A stretch of 32,000 bases of DNA from Candidatus Scalindua sp. (GCA_031316235.1 JALDRA010000001.1:2520001-2552000); one strand, 5' to 3'. Shown: positions 16,326 to 25,447, counted from the stretch's first letter. Translations and numbers: made by a program. Notes: generated by a model not told the origin, from the letters alone.

Positions 16326-16817
16326 GTCGCTGCTAACGGAGAGGCAAAATTCAGAAAAGCAAAAAGGATTAAGAGACTGAGGCATAATTTCAAACCAGCG
16401 GAGAATACAAAGAAGGACTATAAGGGGTTATTACGGTATAGAAAAGAGAGAGCAAAAAGGTATACAGACGATTCCTCTGCTCAATATTCCTTAGGTGAAG
16501 CCTTTGTTCTAAATGGTAAATATGAGAAGGCTATTCAACTTCTTTCAGCCCATCATAAGGATGTTCCTGGTGATCCCACTTTTATACACGTAATTCTTGA
16601 TGCACTCTTTGCCCTGGGAAAGAATGAGAACGATTTCAGATGGATAAGAAAACCGAAAGTCCTTAGGATAAATCAGGAAATTCTGGATAAGTGTTACGAG
16701 TATCTTAAATCCAAACGAAAACCTCGACATATTGGCGAATTGTATAATGATTTCATGTCTATTGATTTTGATGATTTTGCGCTATGGGATGGTACAAATA
16801 GTAATGTCAATAAATAA
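16326..16817 (+). CDS. Orphan ORF-A (163 codons, basic N-terminus, one TPR-like helix pair) lacking a canonical start codon; either a start-codon mutant (pseudogene) or non-canonically initiated
   Basis: I read the frame codon by codon: it is open from GTC at 16326, directly after an in-frame TAA, to TAA at 16815-16817. GGAGAGGAGG at 16310-16319 lies 6 nt upstream. There is no in-frame ATG/GTG/TTG before 16740. The 3' end overlaps the next ATG by 14 nt. It is absent from the ORF track. Confidence 0.5.
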   Translation, partial: VAANGEAKFRKAKRIKRLRHNFKPAENTKKDYKGLLRYRKERAKRYTDDSSAQYSLGEAFVLNGKYEKAIQLLSAHHKDVPGDPTFIHVILDALFALGKNENDFRWIRKPKVLRINQEILDKCYEYLKSKRKPRHIGELYNDFMSIDFDDFALWDGTNSNVNK

Positions 16818-17475
16818 AGATATTACTAATATTGGGTTGATTAATCCATATCAATGGGAACGCGCACGATGGAGGGCTGCAGGCTTTTTTGTTAATGAAA
16901 AAGCCAATAATTTGCCTTGCATGGGCTTTATATTTCATAAAAGTAGATATGGTGAGAATATATTCAGTCAATGGCAAAATCAATTCGGTAAAGCAGACTC
17001 TTTCGAAGAAATTCGTATTTCCATCATTCAAGGGCTAGATACCTGCGAAGGTATAGGATACATAATTCATTTGAGCTCAGATCCACTTCAAACGTTAAAA
17101 AGGCTTGAATCCAAATCTATCAAGATGGATACCAAAAAAGTATCTGTGGAAAGTTTGTTTCAATCAATGAATCCGCTCCCGGGCTCACCACATTTATCGA
17201 ATTTTCGGAAGAGGTATGAAAAACTAGGAAAGTACGCTATCGTACCATTAAGGAGATCATCACTGTTCAGAAGAAAAATACGTGCAAATTTAGATTTATC
17301 AATAGTAAAAAACCAAATTTATTTTCGTAATTTAAGAGATATAACGGAAGGAGATCCAGATTGGCCAATATTTCAATCTGGAATTCTGCAGGCATTTGAT
17401 GTAAAAACAAAAAGTAAGTATGGTCCCTTTACAGCGATAAAAGTAGTGAGGTGGTTCTCAAAGCTGAAGCCATAA
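16804..17475 (+). CDS. Orphan ORF-B, hypothetical protein (224 aa from ATG 16804)
   Basis: Long ORF with no recognisable domain. I prefer ATG 16804 (MSINKDITNIG...) over the TTG at 16732 because the 5' extension overlaps ORF-A and is a low-complexity hydrophobic read-through. Confidence 0.55.
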   Translation: MSINKDITNIGLINPYQWERARWRAAGFFVNEKANNLPCMGFIFHKSRYGENIFSQWQNQFGKADSFEEIRISIIQGLDTCEGIGYIIHLSSDPLQTLKRLESKSIKMDTKKVSVESLFQSMNPLPGSPHLSNFRKRYEKLGKYAIVPLRRSSLFRRKIRANLDLSIVKNQIYFRNLRDITEGDPDWPIFQSGILQAFDVKTKSKYGPFTAIKVVRWFSKLKP

Positions 17476-17578
17476 TTCTTTCACACGCTGATCTTATTTA
17501 ATTCAGGCAAGATGTCCCGGTCGTATGGATTTCAATTTTGCCTTTAATTGTGAGTTTTTTGAGGTACAATGGAATACT

Positions 17579-19831
17579 ATGCTTAGTAAGTCAGCACTTT
17601 CACAGAGAACCTTATCAATACTCCTATTTGGTATTACCCTGGTAACAATCTTTACCGGGAATCTGAGTAGCGTATCATCCAGTTCAGAGGTAAAATTAAT
17701 GGACCCAAAACATACACGTAAAGATGTACAGGAACACCATAACCGTCTCATACATGAAAAAAGTCCCTATCTCCTTCAGCATGCACAAAACCCTGTTGAC
17801 TGGTATGCCTGGGGGCCGGAGGCATTTGCAAAGGCGAAAAAAGAGAACAAGCCGATTTTTCTCTCAATCGGTTACTCAACCTGCCACTGGTGCCATGTAA
17901 TGGCGCATGAATCATTCGAGGACCCGGAGGTCGCAAGACTGCTGAATGAAGTCTTTATCTGTATCAAGGTTGATAGAGAAGAACGACCCGATATAGACAA
18001 CATCTACATGACCGTGTGCCAGATGATGACGGGAAGCGGCGGATGGCCGCTGACTATCTTTATGACACCTGATAAGAAACCCTTTTTTGCCGGCACCTAC
18101 ATCCCCAGAGAGACCCGTTTCGGAAGGACCGGCCTGATGGAGCTGATACCTAACATCAAAGAGGTCTGGCAGACAAGACATGCTGAGATCATAAAAACTG
18201 CTGACCAGATCACCGCAAGCCTGAACCAGCCGTCCGACGGATCAAAGGGTCTCAAACTTGATGAATCTACCTTAAAGACGGCATTTGAACAGCTTTCCAG
18301 CCGTTTTGACGAGCAGTCGGGAGGTTTCGGCACTGCCCCAAAATTCCCGACATCTCAAAACTTCCTGTTCCTGCTTCGCTATTGGCACAAGACAAAAGAT
18401 GAGAAGGCATTGAGGATGGTGGAACGATCTCTCAAATCATTGAGGATGGGAGGTGTATATGACCACTTCGGATTTGGTTTTCACCGGTACTCCACCGATT
18501 CGAAGTGGCTTGTACCGCATTTCGAAAAGATGCTGTACGATCAGGCCTTATTGGCAGTTGCCTACATCGAGGCCTGTCAGGCAACCGGAAAAGAGGAGTA
18601 TAGAGATACCGCGAAGGAGATATTCACGTATGTATTACGTGATATGACAGACAAAGGGGGAGGTTTCTACTCAGCTGAGGATGCTGACAGTGAAGGCGTT
18701 GAAGGGAAATTTTATCTCTGGACAGAAGATGAAATCAGGCAGGTTTTAGGCAGGGAAGAGGCAGACCTTATCATAGCTCTTTTTAACGTGAAAAAAGAGG
18801 GCAACTTCAAGGAAGAGGCCACCGGGCAGAGCACAAATGCCAACATCCCGCATCTCGATAAGTCCCTTGCGGAAACGGCCTCCAGGATGAAGATATCAAT
18901 CGAAGAGCTAAGGAACCGTGTGGATGGAGCAAGACAAAAACTCTTTGATACCCGCAGGAAAAGGGTCCACCCTCATAAAGATGATAAAATATTAACAGAC
19001 TGGAACGGTTTAATGATTGCCGCATTGGCCAGGGGTGCACAGGTCTTTCATAATCCTGAATATCTGGATGCTGCCGGGCGGGCAACGGACTTCATCCTGA
19101 AGGAGATGCGCAGGCCAGAGGATGGGAGGCTCTTACACCGTTATCGTGACGGGCAGTCTGCCATACTTGCCCATGTTGATGACTACGCCTTCCTGATATG
19201 GGGTTTACTGGAACTCTATGAAACGACCTTTGATACCCGCTATCTCAAGACCGCCCTGGATCTGAATAGTGAAATGGTGCAGCATTTCTGGGATGAGAAA
19301 AGCGGTGGATTCTATTTTACTGCTGATGATGCAGAAGATCTCATCGTACGGCGGAAAGAGATTTATGACGGGGCAATTCCCTCGGCTAATTCTGTAGCAT
19401 TATTAAACCTGCTCAGGCTGGGACGGATTACGGCAAGTCCCGAACTGGAAAAGAAAGCGATGAAGATTGTGGATACCTTTGCCTCGGATGTAAGCAGATA
19501 TCCTTCCGGTTATGCCCAATTCCTGGTTTCTCTGGATTTCGGGATAGGACCTTCTTATGAAATCGTTGTCGTTGGCAACCCCCAGGCAGCTGATACAGAA
19601 GAGATGCTGGGAGCTCTCCGGAAGCATTTTATCCCCAACAAGGTAGTTCTTCTCAAGCCGAGCAATGAGGAGTCGCCTGATATAGTTCGTTTTGCCGATT
19701 ACGTAAAGTACTATTCAGGTATCGATAACAAGGCAACCGCCTACATATGCCGTAACTATGCGTGCAAAATGCCTGCAACAGATATAAAAGAGATGCTCAG
19801 TCAGCTCCCCGTTCTTCTCACCCGGCAATAA
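17579..19831 (+). CDS. DUF255 / thioredoxin-domain protein with a C-terminal six-hairpin (N-acylglucosamine-2-epimerase-like) domain (YyaL/SPATA20 family), N-terminally anchored
   Basis: Motifs [49 protein letters not shown] and FYLWT. ATG 17579 gives a signal/anchor [28 protein letters not shown] 17525 is an alternative start. Confidence 0.85.
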   Translation: MLSKSALSQRTLSILLFGITLVTIFTGNLSSVSSSSEVKLMDPKHTRKDVQEHHNRLIHEKSPYLLQHAQNPVDWYAWGPEAFAKAKKENKPIFLSIGYSTCHWCHVMAHESFEDPEVARLLNEVFICIKVDREERPDIDNIYMTVCQMMTGSGGWPLTIFMTPDKKPFFAGTYIPRETRFGRTGLMELIPNIKEVWQTRHAEIIKTADQITASLNQPSDGSKGLKLDESTLKTAFEQLSSRFDEQSGGFGTAPKFPTSQNFLFLLRYWHKTKDEKALRMVERSLKSLRMGGVYDHFGFGFHRYSTDSKWLVPHFEKMLYDQALLAVAYIEACQATGKEEYRDTAKEIFTYVLRDMTDKGGGFYSAEDADSEGVEGKFYLWTEDEIRQVLGREEADLIIALFNVKKEGNFKEEATGQSTNANIPHLDKSLAETASRMKISIEELRNRVDGARQKLFDTRRKRVHPHKDDKILTDWNGLMIAALARGAQVFHNPEYLDAAGRATDFILKEMRRPEDGRLLHRYRDGQSAILAHVDDYAFLIWGLLELYETTFDTRYLKTALDLNSEMVQHFWDEKSGGFYFTADDAEDLIVRRKEIYDGAIPSANSVALLNLLRLGRITASPELEKKAMKIVDTFASDVSRYPSGYAQFLVSLDFGIGPSYEIVVVGNPQAADTEEMLGALRKHFIPNKVVLLKPSNEESPDIVRFADYVKYYSGIDNKATAYICRNYACKMPATDIKEMLSQLPVLLTRQ

Positions 19832-19884
19832 CACGCCTGGTTAGTCTCCGAACCGGTAATTTTCTCTTGTTTCGGCTATGGGCC

Positions 19885-19905
19885 CTGCCGGGACCGGGCA
19901 GTTTT
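19885..19905 (+). terminator. Weak terminator-like GC hairpin plus TTTT; also resembles the right end of the H-element family
   Basis: Sequence is ctgcc-gggaccg-ggcag followed by tttt, 54 nt after the stop of the DUF255 gene. The string ccgggcagttttc matches H-element termini at 8006-8018 and 22950-22961. Confidence 0.3.
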
Positions 19906-20057
19906 CATGCCCAGTCCCTCTCCCGGGCGTTAATCTGGGTCTTATTCAGAAGAGATTTTTTATATAAGAGTATTATTGGAATAATTTGTCATACCGGGTT
20001 GTTTGTTAAGCAAAACGGGGGGAATTTTTAATTCGATAACGGGGTTACTTCATGCCT

Positions 20058-20474
20058 TCAAATTTGCTTGTGTTGCCTGATAGTCTCAATAGCCTTGTTG
20101 AGTTTCAGGGTAACTTCTTTGGCTTTTTCCTGCAGTTCTTCGCCAAGATGGGCAACCTTGTCAGGATGTGATTTCACAATCTTTTCTTTATACGCCTTCT
20201 GCGCTTCCTTCCACGATGCATCTGGACGGATGCCTAATAATCTGTATGCCTCCTCCACCTGTGAACTTTCCCCAGGCGTCGGTTTTTTCCTCTCTTGTGA
20301 TCGGCCCTGGGAAAAATACTCTCTCTGTTTGTTCTCTATATTCCTCTTTCGCCAGTAATACCAGAGTACACCTGACGCAATAATGTCGTCAATAAAACCC
20401 GGGAAAAAATCAAAGGGACTTATGATGTAAATAATCAGGAATATCCCTAACAGATAAAATTTAAGATTTCCCAT
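20058..20474 (-). CDS. Membrane protein with N-terminal DUF1232-like segment and C-terminal J domain (DnaJ-like co-chaperone)
   Basis: ATG 20474 is preceded by AGGAGG. N-terminus FDFFPGFIDDIIASG. The J domain YRLLGIRPDASWKEAQKAYKEKIVKSHPDKV carries the HPD motif. Confidence 0.8.
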   Translation of the reverse strand: MGNLKFYLLGIFLIIYIISPFDFFPGFIDDIIASGVLWYYWRKRNIENKQREYFSQGRSQERKKPTPGESSQVEEAYRLLGIRPDASWKEAQKAYKEKIVKSHPDKVAHLGEELQEKAKEVTLKLNKAIETIRQHKQI

Positions 20475-20598
20475 GGTCCTCCTTTTTTTTCTCTCTTCCC
20501 ATAAAAGTTCCACAAAGCACGTTCGACCCTCCCTCTCGTAAAGGCAAAAGGGTTTATGGTTATCAATTCCATATTTTGATGGTCAGAAATCATCAGCT

Positions 20599-20631
20599 AC
20601 TTTTTGCTATTGCGGTATAATAGCAAAAAGT
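20599..20631. promoter_or_regulatory. Perfect 13-bp inverted repeat (actttttgctatt-N7-aatagcaaaaagt) in the divergent J-domain/nadE intergenic region; candidate operator
   Basis: Read directly from the sequence. A TATAAT hexamer (20615-20620) spans the loop and right arm. No cognate regulator is identified. Confidence 0.3.
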
Positions 20632-20914
20632 ATTATGGAATGAAAACCAGAAAAAGAGACAATAACAATTTTCATCTCAGATAAAAACCCGTTTCATAAT
20701 AAATTGTCTACCCTTAAAGTTTGGTTTGGCAATATATACAATCATTTCTGTGTATCATTCAATAGTTACGAAAGATGAGAAATTATTCATTGATTTCTCT
20801 AACGAATTGTACTATTACACTCTTATCGATAATGTATTAATCAGGGATTATTGCTCCAATATCTTTTTAACGATATTGAGATGCTCATTTTTTCAAAGCG
20901 TAAAACGATATTTT

Positions 20915-22591
20915 ATGAAAATCTGCCTGGCTCAAATAAATCCAACAGTCGGAGCTTTTCAGCACAATGTAAGGAAGATCTGCAGGTATATTGATACTGC
21001 AAGGGGAAAAGGGGCGGATCTGGTTGTATTTCCAGAGATGAGTGTCGTAGGTTACCCGCCAAAGGATTTATTGGAAATTTCCGGATTTGTAGAGAGTAAT
21101 TTAAGGGCTCTGGATGAAATCACAGGTAAAGTAACCGGGATTTCTGCCATTGTCGGTTTTGTTGATAAAAATTCAGCCAGGAAGGGCAGGCAGTTTTACA
21201 ATGCTGCCGCGCATATTCATGATAAAAAAATTGTCTCAAAACACTACAAATCATTGTTACCTACGTATGATGTGTTCGATGAGGCGAGATACTTTGAGCC
21301 TGCTCGCAGCATATCAATAGCAGGGATATCCGGTAAGAAGTTCGGAATTGCCATCTGCGAGGATACCTGGGGAGTAGATGTTGTATGGCCAAGGAAGATT
21401 TATCACAAAGACCCTGTTGCAGACATGATAGGGAAGGGCGCTCAGATTATTATAAACATTTCTGCGTCACCATTTACAATTGGTAAACAGGAGATTCGGC
21501 TGAAAATGCTGACAAATCATGCGAAGAGGTATCGTGTGCCGGTAATCTTTGTGAATCAGGTTGGCGGAAATGATGATCTGGTATTTGACGGAAACAGCAT
21601 GGTTATTAATAAAAAGGGGGTTGTCGTAGATCAGGCCTTGAGCTTTAAAGAGGGGTTACTGATGGCTGAGTTCAAAGGGACAGATGTGTCTGCGTGGAGA
21701 AGTGAATCCAGATCTGTTGTAAAGGGTCCTGTGACCTTTTCCGGCAGGGGTGAGGTGGTATCAGTCTATGAAGCATTAGTCCTGGGCACAAGAGACTACG
21801 TAAGAAAGTGCGGGTTCAAAAAGGCCGTAATTGGACTCAGCGGAGGAATAGACTCTGCTGTTACGGCCGCAATCGCTGTCAAGGCACTGGGGAAAGATAA
21901 GGTTCTCGGGGTTACGATGCCTTCACCCTTTTCATCTAAGGGGAGCGTGGAAGATTCACGTATCCTGGCTGAAAGGCTCGGGATTGACTTTACCATAATA
22001 CCAATTACGTCTATCTACAAAACCTGTTTAAAGACCCTGGAGGGAGTGTTTGCGGGGCTTCCATTTGATGCTACAGAAGAGAACCTGCAGGCTCGGATAA
22101 GAGGGAAAATCCTGATGGCGATCTCTAATAAACATGGTTTCCTGGTTCTGACGACCGGAAACAAATCAGAGCTTGCCGTTGGCTATTGTACCTTATACGG
22201 TGATATGTGTGGCGGCCTGGCCGTATTATCGGATATTCCGAAGACAATGGTCTATCAATTGGCCGGATACATTAACCGCAGGAAAGAAATTATTCCCAGA
22301 AATACCTTGGAGAAACCGGCATCTGCCGAATTAAGACCAGATCAGGAAGATCAGGATACACTTCCTCCGTATGATATTCTCGACGCTATATTGAAGGCCT
22401 ATATAGAAGAATCAAAAGATGTGCATGATATGGTAAAGCTCGGTTTCGATGAGTCGCTTGTCAGAGATATTATTAAGAAGGTTGACCGGAACGAGTATAA
22501 ACGAAAGCAGGCAGCTCCCGGGCTCAAGGTTACTTCTAAAGCGTTTGGTACTGGCCGTCGCATGCCTCTTGTGCAGCAATACAACAGGTAG
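20915..22591 (+). CDS. nadE: Glutamine-dependent NAD+ synthetase (N-terminal CN-hydrolase domain + NAD synthetase domain)
   Basis: Start at ATG 20915 (MKICLAQINPTVGAF). Motifs FPEMSVVGYPPKDLL, ICEDTW, the SGGIDS PP-loop and the LAVGYCTLYGDMCGGLAVLSDIPKT block. The 63-aa 5' extension in the ORF track is implausible. Confidence 0.92.
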   Translation: MKICLAQINPTVGAFQHNVRKICRYIDTARGKGADLVVFPEMSVVGYPPKDLLEISGFVESNLRALDEITGKVTGISAIVGFVDKNSARKGRQFYNAAAHIHDKKIVSKHYKSLLPTYDVFDEARYFEPARSISIAGISGKKFGIAICEDTWGVDVVWPRKIYHKDPVADMIGKGAQIIINISASPFTIGKQEIRLKMLTNHAKRYRVPVIFVNQVGGNDDLVFDGNSMVINKKGVVVDQALSFKEGLLMAEFKGTDVSAWRSESRSVVKGPVTFSGRGEVVSVYEALVLGTRDYVRKCGFKKAVIGLSGGIDSAVTAAIAVKALGKDKVLGVTMPSPFSSKGSVEDSRILAERLGIDFTIIPITSIYKTCLKTLEGVFAGLPFDATEENLQARIRGKILMAISNKHGFLVLTTGNKSELAVGYCTLYGDMCGGLAVLSDIPKTMVYQLAGYINRRKEIIPRNTLEKPASAELRPDQEDQDTLPPYDILDAILKAYIEESKDVHDMVKLGFDESLVRDIIKKVDRNEYKRKQAAPGLKVTSKAFGTGRRMPLVQQYNR

Positions 22592-22661
22592 GAAAAACTA
22601 TACCCTGAAGTTACCGGTAAGTAAGAAGTGCCTGATGGGAAAACTCTCTTGGTTACAGCAA

Positions 22662-22690
22662 GTACATTTTGTTTTCAAGGTAAAATGTAC
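22662..22690 (+). terminator. Hairpin downstream of nadE (9-bp stem gtacatttt / aaaatgtac, 11-nt loop), no U-tract
   Basis: Read directly from the sequence, 71 nt after the nadE stop. Confidence 0.25.
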
Positions 22691-22708
22691 ATTCCGGGAA
22701 TATAGCAA

Positions 22709-22781
22709 GCTTTTGTCCGGGGATACCGGCAACCAGGATCTGGTTTTTAGAAAAATCTAAAACCAGATCGGTTTTAGTATA
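22709..22781 (-). repeat. T-element copy G (5'-truncated; L module plus part of the centre)
   Basis: Sequence is gcttttgtccggggataccggcaaccaggatctggttttt...aaaaccagatcggttttagtata. It matches the reverse complement of 25308-25385. Confidence 0.8.
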
Positions 22782-22870
22782 GTACTGTTTCAGATTTCTA
22801 AAGTTTTACCCTTTTGCTTTCATATATTTTAGAGTAAGATAGCTATCTGTTTATCTTACGGCTCAACAGT

Positions 22871-22970
22871 GGTTGCACGAAAACTGCCATCACCTGCGTT
22901 GCTGCTAAAAGTCAGCAATCCCCTGTAAACAGCACTACGCACCTTGTATCCGGGCAGTTTCTGTACAACC
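22871..22970. repeat. H-element copy 2
   Basis: Termini are ggttgcacgaaaactgcc and ggcagtttctgtacaacc. It shares cgaaaactgcc..atcac..gcgttgctgc and ccttgta.c.gggcagttt with 7901-8028. Confidence 0.7.
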
Positions 22971-23025
22971 TGGTGTATTGTATATCACAAAATAACCTTT
23001 GATTTTTTTTTGAGACAGGAAAGCC

Positions 23026-25305
23026 ATGAAATTACATCTTCATCTTCCGAAAACTATTGTTCCAAAGAGAACGAGAAAAGTTGTGTTTGTCGGAACCTAT
23101 CTGCCTCGTAAATGCGGCATCGGTACGTTTACGTATGACCTTTTTCATTCAATATCTGAAGAAACTATGTGCGGGAATTGTGGGGTGATAGCCATAAACG
23201 ATAAAGAGGAAGGATATGCTTATCCACAGGATGTCGTGTTCGAAATTAACCAGAACGATATCCAGAGTTATCGGGTAGCTGCTGGCTATATTAACCTCTC
23301 GGGTATGGATGTTGTAAGTGTCCAGCATGAGTTCGGGATCTTTGGAGGTGAAGGAGGCAAAAACATCGATTATCTCCTGGGGAATCTGAAAAAGCCCGTT
23401 GTTACTACGCTTCATACGGTTAACAGTTGTTTAGAAAGTCATTATAAAGCATCCTTCTTAAAGGTTGCAGACCTTTCAACTGCATTAATTGTCATGAGCA
23501 ACCAGGCAAAGCAGATTGTTACTGATGTTTATGGTGTTTCAGAAAATAAGATACACGTTATACCCCATGGTATTCCTGATGTTCCCTTCGTTGATCCAAG
23601 TTTTTACAAGGATAAATTTGATGTTGAAGGGAGGTTTGTGATACTGACATTTGGCCTCCTGAGCCCTAATAAAGGGATTGAGATGGTACTAAATGCATTG
23701 CCTGGAGTTATTAAAAAGTATCCTAAGGTGGCCTACCTTATTCTCGGAGCAACCCATCCAAATGTCAAGCGTCTTCAGGGAGAGGAATACCGTGTGTCAT
23801 TACTGCGGCTGGTAAAAAAACTGAAACTTGAGCAGCACGTTTTTTTTCATAACAGATTTGTTGAACTCCATGAACTCTGTGAGTTTATCGGGGCATGCGA
23901 TATCTATATTACCCCGTATCTTCAAAAAGAACAGATTGTCAGCGGTACATTGGCATATGCCTTTGGAATGGGCAAGGCTGTTATTTCGACACCATACTGG
24001 TATGCGCAGGAGATGTTAAAGGATGGTTGCGGGAAACTGGTTGAATTTGGAGACACTGCCTCACTGAGTAACGTCATTATTGAACTCATGGAGAATGATG
24101 TAGAACGAAATAAAATACGTAAAAACGCCTACGAACTGGGGAGAAATATGATATGGAAAGAAGTAGCAAGACGATACCATAATGTATTTGAAAAAGCCCT
24201 GAGTGAGTACACTATCTCAGGGAGAGGAAGAAGTTTGCAGAAACAGTTTGTAGAGCAGAACCCGATACCAGAAATAAAACTCGATCACCTGATCAGGTTG
24301 ACGGACGATACCGGCGTTATCCAGCATGCTACGTATGGTATTCCGAACAGGAGCTCGGGCTATTCGGCCGATGACGTTGCCAGGGCATTAGTTGTGATTC
24401 TTCAATATTACAATCAATTCCAGGATGAAAAGGTCTTGCCTCTGGCTGAGAGATATATAAGTTTCTTACACCATGCGCAGTTACTGGATGGACGTTTTCA
24501 TAACTTCATGAATTATAAGCGGGAGTTTATTGATGAAGTGGGAAGCGAGGATACATGGGGCAGGGTATTGTGGGCAATTGGTTGTGCAATATACATAAGA
24601 TCTAACCACCAGATTCAATTACTGGCCAGAGAAATCTTTGGAAAGGCAATAACGAACCTTGAATTTACCCATCCACAGGCATTAAGCTATGCGATAATGG
24701 GCTTTTACTATTTTCTCCTCAAGTATGAGGGAGCAACTCAAGAAAAAAGAATTCTCCAGGATATGGCAGACAAACTGGTAGAGTTTTATGAAATACACAA
24801 ACGGGAAGAGTGGCACTGGTTCAGTGATACTATTACGTATGGATACGGTAAGATTATCGAGGCTCTCCTGCTTGCCTATAAAATTACTGATTGTGAAAAA
24901 TATCGGGAAACTGCCTTTACCTGTCTTGATTCTCTGACGGAGAGATTGTATAAAAATGAATATTTTGATTTCGTAGGTAATAAAGATTGGTTGAAACCTG
25001 GCGGGAAAAGAGAATACTACGACCAGCAACCGATTGATGCCGGTTATCTGGTTGAGACGTATCTTGCGGCGTACGATGTAAGCCGGGATACAAAGTATCT
25101 GGATCTGGCCCAGGCAGCCTTCGAATGGTTTCTGGGCAGGAATCGAAGCGGAGAATCACTCTATGATTTTGTCACCGGGGGATGTAATGACGGACTGGGA
25201 CAGCATGGGGTAAATCTCAACCAGGGTGCAGAATCCATTATCTGTTTCCTGCTTGCTTCTCTGGATATCATGAAATATGAAACCATAAAAACGCTTGTAG
25301 ACTGA
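23026..25305 (+). CDS. Glycosyltransferase family 4 (N-terminal about 390 aa) fused to an uncharacterised all-helical, (alpha/alpha)6-barrel-like C-terminal domain
   Basis: The N-terminus YLPRKCGIGTFTYDL, VSVQHEFGIFGG and the GT4 C-lobe (ITPYLQKEQIVSGTLAYAFGMGKAVISTP) are GT-B/GT4-like. The C-terminal half (LIRLTDDTGVIQHATYGIPNRSSGYSADDVARALVV...NLNQGAESIICFL) has a repeated helical-hairpin character. Confidence 0.8.
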   Translation: MKLHLHLPKTIVPKRTRKVVFVGTYLPRKCGIGTFTYDLFHSISEETMCGNCGVIAINDKEEGYAYPQDVVFEINQNDIQSYRVAAGYINLSGMDVVSVQHEFGIFGGEGGKNIDYLLGNLKKPVVTTLHTVNSCLESHYKASFLKVADLSTALIVMSNQAKQIVTDVYGVSENKIHVIPHGIPDVPFVDPSFYKDKFDVEGRFVILTFGLLSPNKGIEMVLNALPGVIKKYPKVAYLILGATHPNVKRLQGEEYRVSLLRLVKKLKLEQHVFFHNRFVELHELCEFIGACDIYITPYLQKEQIVSGTLAYAFGMGKAVISTPYWYAQEMLKDGCGKLVEFGDTASLSNVIIELMENDVERNKIRKNAYELGRNMIWKEVARRYHNVFEKALSEYTISGRGRSLQKQFVEQNPIPEIKLDHLIRLTDDTGVIQHATYGIPNRSSGYSADDVARALVVILQYYNQFQDEKVLPLAERYISFLHHAQLLDGRFHNFMNYKREFIDEVGSEDTWGRVLWAIGCAIYIRSNHQIQLLAREIFGKAITNLEFTHPQALSYAIMGFYYFLLKYEGATQEKRILQDMADKLVEFYEIHKREEWHWFSDTITYGYGKIIEALLLAYKITDCEKYRETAFTCLDSLTERLYKNEYFDFVGNKDWLKPGGKREYYDQQPIDAGYLVETYLAAYDVSRDTKYLDLAQAAFEWFLGRNRSGESLYDFVTGGCNDGLGQHGVNLNQGAESIICFLLASLDIMKYETIKTLVD

Positions 25306-25307
25306 TG

Positions 25308-25447
25308 TATACTAAAACCGATCTGGTTTTCGGTTTTACCGGCAACCAGATCTTGGTGAAGGTATCCCCGGACAAAAAGCGCCGAGGACTTGTACTCGCT
25401 CAATTTTATCTCGGATTTTATCCGAAATCCAGTATGAGATGAGTATA
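25308..25447 (+). repeat. T-element copy A (long form, reference copy)
   Basis: Sequence is tatactaaaaccgatctggttttcggttttaccggcaaccagatcttggtgaaggtatccccggacaaaaagcgccgaggacttgtactcgctcaattttatctcggattttatccgaaatccagtatgagatgagtata. It starts 2 nt after the GT4 stop codon. Confidence 0.85.

Noticed and set aside
20726-20914. 63-aa N-terminal extension of nadE, and analogous 5' extensions of the porin (10280-10324), the J-domain gene (20475-20513), DUF559 (15805-15864) and ORF-B (16732-16803)
   Set aside because: The internal ATGs give canonical N-termini (MKICLAQINP, a signal peptide, or an RBS-preceded start). The extensions are AT-rich or repeat-derived read-through.
5667-25447. Whether the recurring T-element copies could be a CRISPR array or CRISPR remnants
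   Set aside because: The copies are kilobases apart, differ in length and orientation, are not regularly spaced direct repeats, and no cas genes are present.
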